From the NCBI GenBank assembly GCA_028066245.1, contig JALCBR010000008.1, positions 10,771 through 74,770 on the forward strand: a stretch of DNA of 64,000 nt, in the 5' to 3' direction. Numbering within the stretch: position 1 is the first letter of the stretch; each line of letters starts with the position of its first letter. Below the pieces are notes generated by a model. It saw only the letters and a program-made list of their open reading frames with translations. It was not told the DNA's origin and did no database searches. Positions 29,222-40,471 of the stretch are shown here, one piece after another. The position numbers and the translations under genes were made by a program. Source of the stretch: Pirellulales bacterium (GTDB taxonomy: Bacteria; Planctomycetota; Planctomycetia; Pirellulales; S012-138).

Positions 29222-32200
29222 TCAATACGCTGACTTGGCTTTGACGCCCTTATCTGTGTTGTTGTAGAGGTTCTCCAGGTTCTGCCGCTGCTGTTCAATG
29301 ATTATGCCGTTGCCGCCTTTCAACTGTTCGAGCAGTTTGACGTCAGCTTCCTCACTCGCTTGACCTTGCTGTTGAAGAACCTGACCGCCCGTTTGCACCA
29401 TGGGCGGGCCCAACTCCGTTTCACCGCGGAAGAATGCATAGCGACCGCTATCGGCTTGAGCGATGACCGTGGCTTGACCTGCAAGATTATCCGCCACGAA
29501 CACGCCGCGGAGGTCGGTCTCGCCAGAGACAATCTCCGGAGTGCGAGAACCGATGACCTTCACGTGCACATCTTTCAAGTAACGCCCAGAATCATTGTCT
29601 TTGACCGTCGCTCGCACGCGTCCGGATAACTGCTCTTCCTGAACCTCCAGTGTGAGCGGCGTGACAAGCACCAAGCCGGTGGCGTGTAAGTCATCCGCAC
29701 GGCACACAACCAGATACGCGCCCTCTTCGTCGAGCGGCAGGTCGAGTTCATGTTCCTTGTCCGCATAGTCCTTGCCATCACCCAAGGTGCTGGTGGACTC
29801 ATGCAGTGGCTTGATGCCTGCCAAGTTGATCTTGGTAACGTCATCTAAATCCCGCCGCAACAACCCGAACTTTGTCAGGTCGATACGATAGACCTTAGTA
29901 TCCAGCGACGCCACGTTGCGATAAGTGAGGTTGACCTTAGCGTCCTTGCCAGGCTCAAAAAACGAAACCTCCGGAAGTTCCGCTTCCTCGTGCGTGAAGT
30001 ACGCGATGGCCTGTGCGGCGTCCGCGAACTGCTCCTTCACCCGTTCGTACTCGTCGATTGCCTCTTTGGCTTTACCCAGGCTGTGATACACCTGTCCCAT
30101 GATGTACACGGCTTGCCATTTGTTGGGACTTTCCGTCTCCCTTCCAGAGTTGGCATCCATGCGCGTCGCTTCGGCCACCTTCTCGCACATCGCCAGAGCG
30201 TCTTCGTGTTCGCCTAGGGCGAAGTGACAATAACCAATCACGTACCAGAAGCTGTCGAGGTATTCGCTGTCATCATAGCGTTCCGCGTACCGATTACAGG
30301 CAGCGATGGCGGGACGGAAAGCTTCCAGCTCCAACAGCGCGTTGGCTGCGGAGAATGCCGCTTGCGCGGCTGCGGGATCATCCGGATAATGTGTGAGGAA
30401 TGATTCCAATCGTGTGAGCGCATCGCGAACAAGGTCCACGCCTAGGATATTCTCCTCGCGGAGTTCTGCATCAGCTTCCGCGGTAGGCGCTTTGGCATAA
30501 ATTCGCTGCGAGAGATAGTACGTCGCCGCCGCAACATAGGGTTCCGGTGGATACTCCATCAGCAGACGATCCATGACTTTCACGCTGCGGACGAACTCCT
30601 GCTGCGCTTCGAGGAAGCCCGCCACGCGGCTCTCGCGGGCAAAACTTCCCTCGACAGTTGCCCGGTACACGAGGTAAGCCCGTTCGTATTCGCCAACCTC
30701 TTCGTAGGCTTGGGCAACCCGGACAATCTTCTCAAAGGGAATTTCCTCGTCCGGGTAACGTTCCTTAACGATTTCAAACAAGCGAACGATCTCGGCCGGA
30801 CGGTTCGTTTGCAGGTTGACCTCCAACAGCATCAAAGCTGTCTCGCGATATGCATCGGCTCGTAGAGTCCAATTGGCGAAAAGGTCATCCAGGTATCTGC
30901 CAGCTTCGGCGTAGTTCTTCTTGGCGAAGTTCCGTTTGCCAAACTCAAACAATTCGCGCGGGCTCATGCGATACTCGTCCGCGCTGGCTTTGCCTTCTGC
31001 TAAGACTGTGAGTGTCTTGATCTTGGAGACGGCCAACGATTCCGGACGGTAGGCGTCGCGAACAATGGTGGGTCCAGCCTGGTAGACGCCCGGTAGGTAG
31101 CCGTGCACTTGGAAGCTAATCGTACCAATCGAACGTCGGTTACCGACAAAGAACGTAATGGAATCACTGGAGATCTCAAAGCGCTCAAAAGTTCCGCTGA
31201 TGCTGTCTTCAATCACTTGAACGCCTGCGGGGAGAGGCTCAGTGATAACCAGGTATTCCAGTTGCGAATCCGGCACGTTCGACGACAGGTTGTAGCGATT
31301 GACGTTCAGATGCACGATGCCGCGGTTCCCCTGGGGCAACTGTGTGAGGTTGTTGCGGAAGAACCGATAACGTTCGGCCACATCAAAGCCGCGCGGCACC
31401 TGGCGCCCGTCAAACTCCCTGGGAGCCGGCTCGTACTGACGTGTCACACGCCATTCTTGCGATGTGCTGGTGAGCTTTTCCGCAGGTACAAATCCAGAGA
31501 GCACGCACTGATAGGCGAAACGTCCTCGGCCAGTCATTTCAAAGTTGATCTGCTGCTTGCCATCCTGCAAGAGCTCGGTAGGTACTTGCACTCGTTGCGT
31601 AAGCGAGTCTTTGTCGACTTCGATCTCTTCAACCAATGCGTTGTTGACAAAGAGTTTGAGTGTATAGCGTTCGTGCTCGAACTGATTGCGGGCGTACCAG
31701 CCTGCCACTGCAGCGGTGGCTGGGCCAGTCGCTTTTTCCGGTGTCCACCGGGTTCCGCGACGATGCGTCATGAGCCATTCCACTTGCTCCTTCGCTTGTG
31801 GAGAACCGGGCGCGTATGCTTGCAGGGCCAATGCATACAGCGCGTGGAGCTCCACGGCGGAGTGACTCCACGGCAGCGAGCCACCGGCGACCTTACGCCG
31901 GGTCGTTGGAGTGTCCAAGTTCCGTTCCGCCAGCAGATCCAACAATTCGCTGGCCATTTGTCCGCGGTTCATTTCGATCAGAGCCAAGGCCAGGTGCGCC
32001 AATGCCGCGCTCGACAAGCTCGGACGGTTGCGATGCAACCGGTTGGCCAGCGCGAAATCACCTCGACCGGCAGCAGCCATGGCATGCAGCAATACGGCCT
32101 TGGTTTCGTAGTCGTTCTCAGAAACGGAGACAACGTGGTTAGCCAGGTAAGTCAGCGCACGATCGTGATTCTCATCAGGTACGCGGTAACCGCCCGACTT

Positions 32201-35200
32201 CGCTTCTGCCAGAGCCCAGACGGCTTGCGCAGTGGCGTATGCACTTCCGCGTCCTCCACGACCACTCCAACTCCAGGACCCGTCATCCTGCTGGGAAGCC
32301 ACCAGTGCACTGATGCTGGAACGAATGCGGCCATCCAGCGTTTGCGCCTCGACCGCTGTCGGCGAATCCGGTCCGCCGGCCAGGTTGCGTAGCGACAGCG
32401 CGGCCATCAATTCACTTGTTGTCACATCATGAGCGGAAGCGTAATTCAGGCAGAACTGCTGCACCGGAGTGGCCGGGCCCAGGATGATCTCCATGAGGTT
32501 CTGTTCGACACTGGGACCGACAACGATCTCCATTTTGCGGTCAGACAGCGGCATCTGCTTGTCTTGCTCGACCCAGGCAATCGTGTCGCTTTCCGCCGCA
32601 CCGCTGGCGGTCACAAATACGACTTCACCAAAGGGCGTGAGTGGAATGCTGCGTTGGACGGTATCCGTCAGGTCGCCGGAACGAACGATCAGTTCAAAGT
32701 CAATTGTGCTGTCGACCGTAGCGCCCTCAGGCAGCTTCACAGTCAAAGGGAAGTCAAACTGGCTGACGCCGGCTGCGGCTTCAATGGTTCGCTTCTCGCT
32801 GGTGGACTTGCCGCCGATGGTGGTCTTGAGTTCAAGCTCAACTTGCGTGTTGGCATCCGCGGCGACCATTTGGTTATGAACGGAGACCGCGATGCGTGCT
32901 TCGTCGCCCGATGTGAACGCAGCAGGCAGCTTGAGCTCGCCAAAGAGTTCTTTACTGGCGGTGAGTTCCGTTGTGGTTTCACCAGCCAGCGTGTCGGCCG
33001 TGATGCCCTTGGCTTGTAGCTGCCAGGCGGTGGAGCGGCTCGGTAGGGAGACCGTGATGGTCGCCTTGCCGTCCTCGTCTGTCACAATTGCAGGGCTCCA
33101 GTAACCGGTTTCCTGTATCGATCCTGGCTGCACAACAACCGCTCCATCCTCGGCAAGTTTTTCAGCCAACCGGCGGGTTGAATCCGGTCCCCGAGCCCAC
33201 ATGGTGCCGAGGTTGACGTTGGTTTGCCTGCCATCAGCAAACAAAACCGTGGCGTCTCTGTCTCCCCATTGATTGACGGCGGCCTTGTGGAAGTAGTCTA
33301 CGATAGTCGCCTTTGAGCTCTTGCCTTCAGTTATCAACAACGGTAGGTCCTGTAGCTGTTTTCCTGAGAGCTCGAAATAGTAGTTGGCACGTTCTCGGTT
33401 AAGGACCGCGTCGCCACTGAGATATCTCCGGGATTCAGCATCTGCAAGAAAGTCGGCACCGTCAGCCTGCCTGCGATCGAATCGTCCTCCGCCGCCACCA
33501 AGTCCACCGCCACCGAATCCGCCCGAACTCGGACGACCGAAGACTTGGAACGGCATATCCTGAGAATTGATACCGAAGCCGGTGGTTCCCCTCGCGTTTT
33601 CCTTGAATTGTCCATTGATGGCGACTTCGGCCTGCGGCTGCAGCGCGCTTTCCAGCGCCTGTTGCGCATCGTTGAACGGCCACGTGCCGGAGGAACGATC
33701 CCGGTCCATTTCAGCGGAAGCATTTGCGTCTGGGGGCACCGGTGTGGCCGTTCTGGCCAACGCTTCGCGATTTGGGTTGGGCGAATTGAAGGTCATCGCT
33801 TCCAGTCGCGATCTTTCCGCATGCGCCAGGGCGATACGGTCCGCCTCAGAGAGCAAGTCGGGATTAATTGCCTCTGTAGCCGGTCGGTAGTTAAACGTAA
33901 TGCTGGAGGTCGTTCGCACGGCCGCTTCACGAGGTTGACCTCGGAAGAAGCTGTCAATTTCTCCCTCTTGCCGATCGAACCGTTCGGCGAGCGCCTGCTC
34001 AACCATGCCCAGGCTTAATTTCGCGGAGACCGGCTTGCCTTGGTTGTTGGTGGTGGTGATGGTCACTTCGACATCGTCGCCCGGGCGGAGGTCGCCCTCT
34101 CCCGCGGCACGCTTGGTTTCCATGGTGACGCGTAAATCGCGGGCAACGACGAATGGGCTTTCCGCGGTGTGAAATCGTTGTGGTGGAACGAGTGTCTCTA
34201 TCGCCAACTCAGCTTCCGCCTCAGTGGTGGTGCTTTTGGCTTCGCGGATGTCTTGCATGACCGCCACGGAGAGTTGGAAGTTAGGGGCCAGTTCGGCCGA
34301 CATGGGCATTGTCAATTCGTTGTCGCCGGTGGCTAGTCGCACAATTTGGTACTTCAGCACACGCGCGCCTTGATAGGTGATCAAGGCCAACGTTGGTTCC
34401 TCGCGCCAGTGCAAGTTGACCTTGGCGTCATCCCCCACTTTGTAACTATGCTTTTCCGCCAGGATGCGGAGCCGAACACCATCGGTGTCGTCAGAAACAT
34501 TGACGAGAGAACTGCCGGTGATCGATTTTTCAAAACGGTCAATGCCGCTTGCACGCAGCATGTACTGCGCACCGTCGTCCAAGTTTAGCGTGATCGTGGC
34601 CTTGCCAGTCTCGGCATCGGTGGTTAACTCGTGCGTGTTGACGGTCGTCTCACCCACGCGGTTGCTGCCTGGGCTTCGCGTTCGCTTGAGCACGCTGAGC
34701 GTGATGTTTTCCGCCAATGGTTTGCCTTCGGCATCGCGAGCCGTGACAGTAGCTTCAAACGATTCTCCCGCCAAGTACGTGGCCGATGCGCGGGACGTGG
34801 CTACATCCAGCGAGAAGCCCTGCGTGGCGATGATGAAGTTTCTCTGCACGGCAATGCCGAGTTCGTTCAATTGAGCCGTAAACGCGACGATCTGAGATTC
34901 ATCCAGTTCGCGCGTTTCCAAGCGGAAAGGAACACGCCCTTGGGCGTCAGTCGTCGCCGTTTGTGAACGGCCATCCAGATCGGTATAGGTGATTTGTTTG
35001 CTGGCGACCGGCGCGCCGTAATAGTACTGGGCGAGAATCTCGCCTTCGATGACTTCTCCGCGGTAGTAAACCGCGCGATCGGTCTCGATGGTTAGTTGCA
35101 CCGGTTCTAGCTTGAACTCGGCCACGGTAAACACACCGGCGTACTGTTGTGGAGATTGACCTAATGCTGGATTGGATTCAACCAACGCAAGCCGATACGC

Positions 35201-37765
35201 GCCTTGCGCGGCTTCCGGGGGCAGCGTAACTTGGGTGTGGAACGCGCCGAACTCGTCAAGTTGGACTGCTTCTTCAGACAAGCTGCGGCCGCGGGCGTCA
35301 AAAACCTCCAGCGAGAATTCTTGATCCGCGTTGATCGCGTAGCGGTCATCCTCGACGTCGCGAACAACGCCGCGAATGTGGACGAACTCGCCAGGACGGT
35401 AAATCGGTCGATCCGTGTAGATATAACCTTTTTCTGTCAAACCTTGGGCGACGCCAATTCCGTCCAGACTGATGATGTTGCTGGCGACGTGACCATCTGA
35501 AACGGCAAACACGCGAACGTCGTTGGCGCCTTGCAGTTCGTCATAGGTGCCTTGATAGACGCCGTCCTCTCCTGTTTCCACCTCTGCAAACACCGTCGAG
35601 CCGTCGGAGATCAACAGGCGAACATCAGGCCAAGCTTCACCGGTGCGCATGTTCTGAGCGAACACGAAGACTTCATCACGCGAGCTTTTGACGATCACGT
35701 CCAGGTCACTTTGGATGACCAAGGTTGTGGCTTCCAGCTTGCCTTCGGAGACTGTCACGGCCATCACTTGAGGCTGGCGTTCGACATCGCCTTCGCCGTC
35801 TTTGCGAATGGCTACGCTCGACTGGAATTGCTGATATTTCTGATAGTCAGAAACGGGAAAGGAAAAGCGGCTATCGGGATCGATCAGCGCGACATCGAGG
35901 TTCTCCACCCCGCGAGCCAAGTGCATCTTGCGAAAGTAGGTCTCCAAGTCGATGCGGTATGCGCTCACATCGACAGACTCCACGTTGCGCGAAATCAGAT
36001 CCACGGCCGGATCTTCATCCGTACGATACACTCGCGTGGTAGCAATGGTCATTTCCGTTTGTGTCAGCGCCGCGTGGCGGACCGCAGCGTGGGGCGCATA
36101 TTCGCCATATTTGACCAGGGCATATTCCTTTAAGGCGTCTTCCAGCCGGCCAAGCTTTGTCTCCAAGGTCATGGCGATCATGAACTGAGCGCGCGACGCT
36201 TCGTTGGAGCCGGGATACTTGGAGACAACAGTCCGCCAAGCCTCAATCGCCTTCTCAAACTCGTCCTGCAGAAACTCCATTCGGCCAAAGTCAAACAGGA
36301 TCAGTCGGCAGCGGTCTTCCAGCGGGTGTTTACGGAGGAATTCGTCCCACAAGCTGCGGGCCGCCTGGTAGTCTTCTTCCGCCAGAGCTTCCTGGCCTTG
36401 CAGGTATTCGGTGTCGATGATCATTCGCTGCACGGAGGTCCATTGACCGTGCGCGGGGTGCTTGGCCAAGTAGTCAGTCCAGGCTGCTAGAGCTTCCTTA
36501 AATTTCTTTTGCGCTTGATAAGCCTGGCCCAACAGCACGCGGGCTTCTGGTGTTCGTTCATCTTCCGCATAGGCGTCATTCGCCAGAAACTGCTGCAATT
36601 CCTCAATGCCGGACTCCCATTGACCGCGGGCAAAGAACGAACGGGCGATCTGTAGTTGCGCATTGGGGGCGAGCTCGTCGTCTGGATGTTCAGCCAGGAA
36701 TGTGCGCAGCTCGGCCACACCTAGGTTCAACGCTTCATCGGTTTGCGGCTGCGGGAGACCGAACGTATGTGCAATCCGGTAACGCAGAGCGTTCATCCTT
36801 ACGCCCTGCAGGTCGAGTTGTGGTGAGGCCGGGTCGTCAATCTTCGCGTCTTCGTCAGGTTCGGCAGGGGCGGAGATGGAGCCATCGGTCACCTTAGCCA
36901 GCAAGTCCTGCCAAGCTCGGCGCGCTGGTCTGGGCGATCCCTGCGCCATGTAGCATTCACCAAGCCGGTAGCGGGCTACTGCGTTCAAGCCGTGTTCCGG
37001 ATGTGTTTTGATAAACCGCTCTAAACGGTTGATTGCTTCTTGGGGATTACCAAGCAGTTGCAAGCAGCGGGCAATCCGCAGTTCAACTTGTTCTTTCCGT
37101 TCCGCTGCAGGGCCAACCTCCATCGCTTGCTGATAGAACTCGAACGCTTTGGCATAGTTGGGGTCCGTTGACTCTTTCTCCGGGTGGAAATAGAGATCGG
37201 CAAATTCCAGGTAGATGGCGGCGATCTCCTGTTTCCGTTCCGCACCCAACAGATACTCAGCTTCGGCTCGGTAGATCTGCTCCGCGGAGCGGTAGTTGCC
37301 TTTCCGCATATAGGCGATGGCCGCGGCAAACCGTGCCTGACGAAGCCAAGAACTGTCTGGATGTTGCGTTTCCAATTCATTGAAGGCCGCGATTGCTTCG
37401 TCATACTTTTCCGCCAAAGCGAAGGCCCGACCCTTGAGGTATTGGAAGCGGTCAGCGTGTTCTTTGTCTGCGGACATGGCCGCGTCCAGTGCCGCTTGAG
37501 CTTCCTCATATTTGCGATCCTGCAGCAATGCCCGGACTTCTTTCGGCAGCTCTGGTTGTGTGCCGAGGATCTGAGAGGTCAGCGGCTGCGACGGCTTGCC
37601 TTGCTCTTGATTCCAGATGGCGTTGCGAGCTATCGCTCCCAATGGGAGGCCGAGCGCAAACAAGACGCCGAGGAGAAGGATTCTCCGTCCGCGGCTGCGC
37701 TGTGGTTGTCGAGTTGACTTATTGTTAACGGGATTCGATTGCAGGCGAATCAGACGCTGGCTCAT
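29222..37765 (-). CDS. giant TPR / alpha-2-macroglobulin-family / TPR / CarboxypepD_reg-like protein
   Basis: The start at 37765 (MSQRLIRL) is preceded by AAGGAG; the ORF is open to 37873. MG-domain motifs are YIYTDRPIYRPGEFVHIRGVV and FTVAEFKLEPVQL...AQYYYGAPV. A TED-like region reads YATAQAVWALAEA. TPR arrays lie on both sides. The C-terminal part is RVRATVKDNDSGRYLKDVHVKVIG. Confidence 0.8.
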   Translation of the reverse strand: MSQRLIRLQSNPVNNKSTRQPQRSRGRRILLLGVLFALGLPLGAIARNAIWNQEQGKPSQPLTSQILGTQPELPKEVRALLQDRKYEEAQAALDAAMSADKEHADRFQYLKGRAFALAEKYDEAIAAFNELETQHPDSSWLRQARFAAAIAYMRKGNYRSAEQIYRAEAEYLLGAERKQEIAAIYLEFADLYFHPEKESTDPNYAKAFEFYQQAMEVGPAAERKEQVELRIARCLQLLGNPQEAINRLERFIKTHPEHGLNAVARYRLGECYMAQGSPRPARRAWQDLLAKVTDGSISAPAEPDEDAKIDDPASPQLDLQGVRMNALRYRIAHTFGLPQPQTDEALNLGVAELRTFLAEHPDDELAPNAQLQIARSFFARGQWESGIEELQQFLANDAYAEDERTPEARVLLGQAYQAQKKFKEALAAWTDYLAKHPAHGQWTSVQRMIIDTEYLQGQEALAEEDYQAARSLWDEFLRKHPLEDRCRLILFDFGRMEFLQDEFEKAIEAWRTVVSKYPGSNEASRAQFMIAMTLETKLGRLEDALKEYALVKYGEYAPHAAVRHAALTQTEMTIATTRVYRTDEDPAVDLISRNVESVDVSAYRIDLETYFRKMHLARGVENLDVALIDPDSRFSFPVSDYQKYQQFQSSVAIRKDGEGDVERQPQVMAVTVSEGKLEATTLVIQSDLDVIVKSSRDEVFVFAQNMRTGEAWPDVRLLISDGSTVFAEVETGEDGVYQGTYDELQGANDVRVFAVSDGHVASNIISLDGIGVAQGLTEKGYIYTDRPIYRPGEFVHIRGVVRDVEDDRYAINADQEFSLEVFDARGRSLSEEAVQLDEFGAFHTQVTLPPEAAQGAYRLALVESNPALGQSPQQYAGVFTVAEFKLEPVQLTIETDRAVYYRGEVIEGEILAQYYYGAPVASKQITYTDLDGRSQTATTDAQGRVPFRLETRELDESQIVAFTAQLNELGIAVQRNFIIATQGFSLDVATSRASATYLAGESFEATVTARDAEGKPLAENITLSVLKRTRSPGSNRVGETTVNTHELTTDAETGKATITLNLDDGAQYMLRASGIDRFEKSITGSSLVNVSDDTDGVRLRILAEKHSYKVGDDAKVNLHWREEPTLALITYQGARVLKYQIVRLATGDNELTMPMSAELAPNFQLSVAVMQDIREAKSTTTEAEAELAIETLVPPQRFHTAESPFVVARDLRVTMETKRAAGEGDLRPGDDVEVTITTTNNQGKPVSAKLSLGMVEQALAERFDRQEGEIDSFFRGQPREAAVRTTSSITFNYRPATEAINPDLLSEADRIALAHAERSRLEAMTFNSPNPNREALARTATPVPPDANASAEMDRDRSSGTWPFNDAQQALESALQPQAEVAINGQFKENARGTTGFGINSQDMPFQVFGRPSSGGFGGGGLGGGGGRFDRRQADGADFLADAESRRYLSGDAVLNRERANYYFELSGKQLQDLPLLITEGKSSKATIVDYFHKAAVNQWGDRDATVLFADGRQTNVNLGTMWARGPDSTRRLAEKLAEDGAVVVQPGSIQETGYWSPAIVTDEDGKATITVSLPSRSTAWQLQAKGITADTLAGETTTELTASKELFGELKLPAAFTSGDEARIAVSVHNQMVAADANTQVELELKTTIGGKSTSEKRTIEAAAGVSQFDFPLTVKLPEGATVDSTIDFELIVRSGDLTDTVQRSIPLTPFGEVVFVTASGAAESDTIAWVEQDKQMPLSDRKMEIVVGPSVEQNLMEIILGPATPVQQFCLNYASAHDVTTSELMAALSLRNLAGGPDSPTAVEAQTLDGRIRSSISALVASQQDDGSWSWSGRGGRGSAYATAQAVWALAEAKSGGYRVPDENHDRALTYLANHVVSVSENDYETKAVLLHAMAAAGRGDFALANRLHRNRPSLSSAALAHLALALIEMNRGQMASELLDLLAERNLDTPTTRRKVAGGSLPWSHSAVELHALYALALQAYAPGSPQAKEQVEWLMTHRRGTRWTPEKATGPATAAVAGWYARNQFEHERYTLKLFVNNALVEEIEVDKDSLTQRVQVPTELLQDGKQQINFEMTGRGRFAYQCVLSGFVPAEKLTSTSQEWRVTRQYEPAPREFDGRQVPRGFDVAERYRFFRNNLTQLPQGNRGIVHLNVNRYNLSSNVPDSQLEYLVITEPLPAGVQVIEDSISGTFERFEISSDSITFFVGNRRSIGTISFQVHGYLPGVYQAGPTIVRDAYRPESLAVSKIKTLTVLAEGKASADEYRMSPRELFEFGKRNFAKKNYAEAGRYLDDLFANWTLRADAYRETALMLLEVNLQTNRPAEIVRLFEIVKERYPDEEIPFEKIVRVAQAYEEVGEYERAYLVYRATVEGSFARESRVAGFLEAQQEFVRSVKVMDRLLMEYPPEPYVAAATYYLSQRIYAKAPTAEADAELREENILGVDLVRDALTRLESFLTHYPDDPAAAQAAFSAANALLELEAFRPAIAACNRYAERYDDSEYLDSFWYVIGYCHFALGEHEDALAMCEKVAEATRMDANSGRETESPNKWQAVYIMGQVYHSLGKAKEAIDEYERVKEQFADAAQAIAYFTHEEAELPEVSFFEPGKDAKVNLTYRNVASLDTKVYRIDLTKFGLLRRDLDDVTKINLAGIKPLHESTSTLGDGKDYADKEHELDLPLDEEGAYLVVCRADDLHATGLVLVTPLTLEVQEEQLSGRVRATVKDNDSGRYLKDVHVKVIGSRTPEIVSGETDLRGVFVADNLAGQATVIAQADSGRYAFFRGETELGPPMVQTGGQVLQQQGQASEEADVKLLEQLKGGNGIIIEQQRQNLENLYNNTDKGVKAKSAY

Positions 37766-37971
37766 GTCCTCAAGCTCCTTGGTACCATGAATGCGCAGGC
37801 TTACCTTGGATGCCCCCTTGCTCTGACGCCTGCTTGTAAGAATAGTTTCCCATTCTGAGGAAAATCTTGGCAAGCTAAGATTCGCTGGCCGTTACAAACC
37901 TGTTGCGCGCCGCCTGGGTAGAAGTGTACGAGAATCCGGAATTTGGCGAGAATTCTGGCCGAGTGCCCATA

Positions 37972-38013
37972 AGAAAAGCCCCCTGGCCGCACGCAGCAAC
38001 CAAAGGGCTTTCT
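37972..38013 (-). terminator. groEL terminator candidate
   Basis: The minus strand reads AGAAAGCCC...GGGCTTTTCT with an imperfect extended stem and a U-rich tail. It lies 22 nt after the groEL stop. Confidence 0.5.
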
Positions 38014-38034
38014 GTTTGAAACAACGGTCAACGA

Positions 38035-39660
<1,626 letters not shown>

Positions 39661-39767
39661 TTATGTACTCCAAAAGATATTCTGGTTCGTGTTGAATCGA
39701 TTGCTGGCTGATAGTTCGGGCAGGCTGGGTCAGTCATTCGCCTTTCCCCACGCTTCAAGCCTTCTCT

Positions 39768-40106
39768 CTACTCGATGACCGCGAGGATCTCATCCTCTCG
39801 CATCAGCAGATACTCATCATCGTTAAGGCGAATCGTGTCGCCGGCGTAGGAAGTGAAGAGGACCTTGTCTCCCTTCTTGACCTGCATTTCACCTCGGGTG
39901 CCGTCATCCAGCAGGCGACCGTCGCCGACGGAAATGATGGTGCCGCGGGCGGGCTTCTCGCGAGCTGAATCCGGCAGGACGATGCCGCCAGCGGTGGTCT
40001 CTTCCGCGTCCTCACGCTGAACCACAACGCGATCTCCCAGCGGCTGCAGGTTGATCTTCTTGGGGGCGGACTTCTTCTTGCGTGGTTTGGTCGCCGTGGT
40101 GGCCAT
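39768..40106 (-). CDS. groES: co-chaperonin GroES with short Lys-rich N-terminal extension
   Basis: LQPLGDRVVVQRE...GGIVLPDSAREKPARGTIISVGDG. The ATG at 40106 is preceded by GGAGGG; the ORF is open to 40130. Confidence 0.93.
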   Translation of the reverse strand: MATTATKPRKKKSAPKKINLQPLGDRVVVQREDAEETTAGGIVLPDSAREKPARGTIISVGDGRLLDDGTRGEMQVKKGDKVLFTSYAGDTIRLNDDEYLLMREDEILAVIE

Positions 40107-40471
40107 GGCTGGGAAACCCTCCGGGGTCAAACGAGTTTGAATGGTTGTGCTCTGGAAACGATTGTCCGGACAAACGCGAAATCGGGATGCTCAAGATGAC
40201 TCCGCGATTTGTTTGCGATTTCAGGTGAATTGGTTCTCGAAGGATTGAACCATTTTACCTGCCAAAAAGCGCGTACTCCGCGCCAGAATGTGCCCATTAA
40301 GCAAGTGGTGCGCCAAGAGTCCATGGGCGACCTAAGTTACTTGCATAAAACAACTTGTAGCCTATTGTCTCTTGCGCGAACTTTGGCACCGAGAGCCTGT
40401 CATTTTGGCAGCGCCAAGCGTGAGCTAATAGGTAGAATATGCGGGTTCTGGAATGTGGCCCCTCGTGTGAG

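Noticed and set aside
31103-32392. 429-aa plus-strand ORF inside the giant A2M-like gene
   Set aside because: It is antisense to a gene with clear MG/TED motifs. Its composition is Arg/His/Gln-biased with no recognisable domain.
32441-32452. Expected thioester CxEQ site of the alpha-2-macroglobulin TED
   Set aside because: The sequence reads C-L-N-Y, so Cys is present but the Glu-Gln is absent. I do not claim a thioester.
40382-40417. Two TTTGGCA copies and a TTGGC-AGC-GCCAA palindrome upstream of the AlbA_2 gene, considered as a promoter or operator
   Set aside because: Spacing to the only -10-like hexamers (TAATAG, TAGAAT) is 15 or 22 nt, so it does not form a credible sigma-70 promoter. 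It is too short to call as a feature and is mentioned only in the AlbA_2 finding.
40107-40440. Search for a CIRCE (TTAGCACTC-N9-GAGTGCTAA) or sigma-32-type promoter upstream of groES
   Set aside because: I found no acceptable match on either strand. There are only short imperfect repeats around AAATCGC, so I make no regulatory call.
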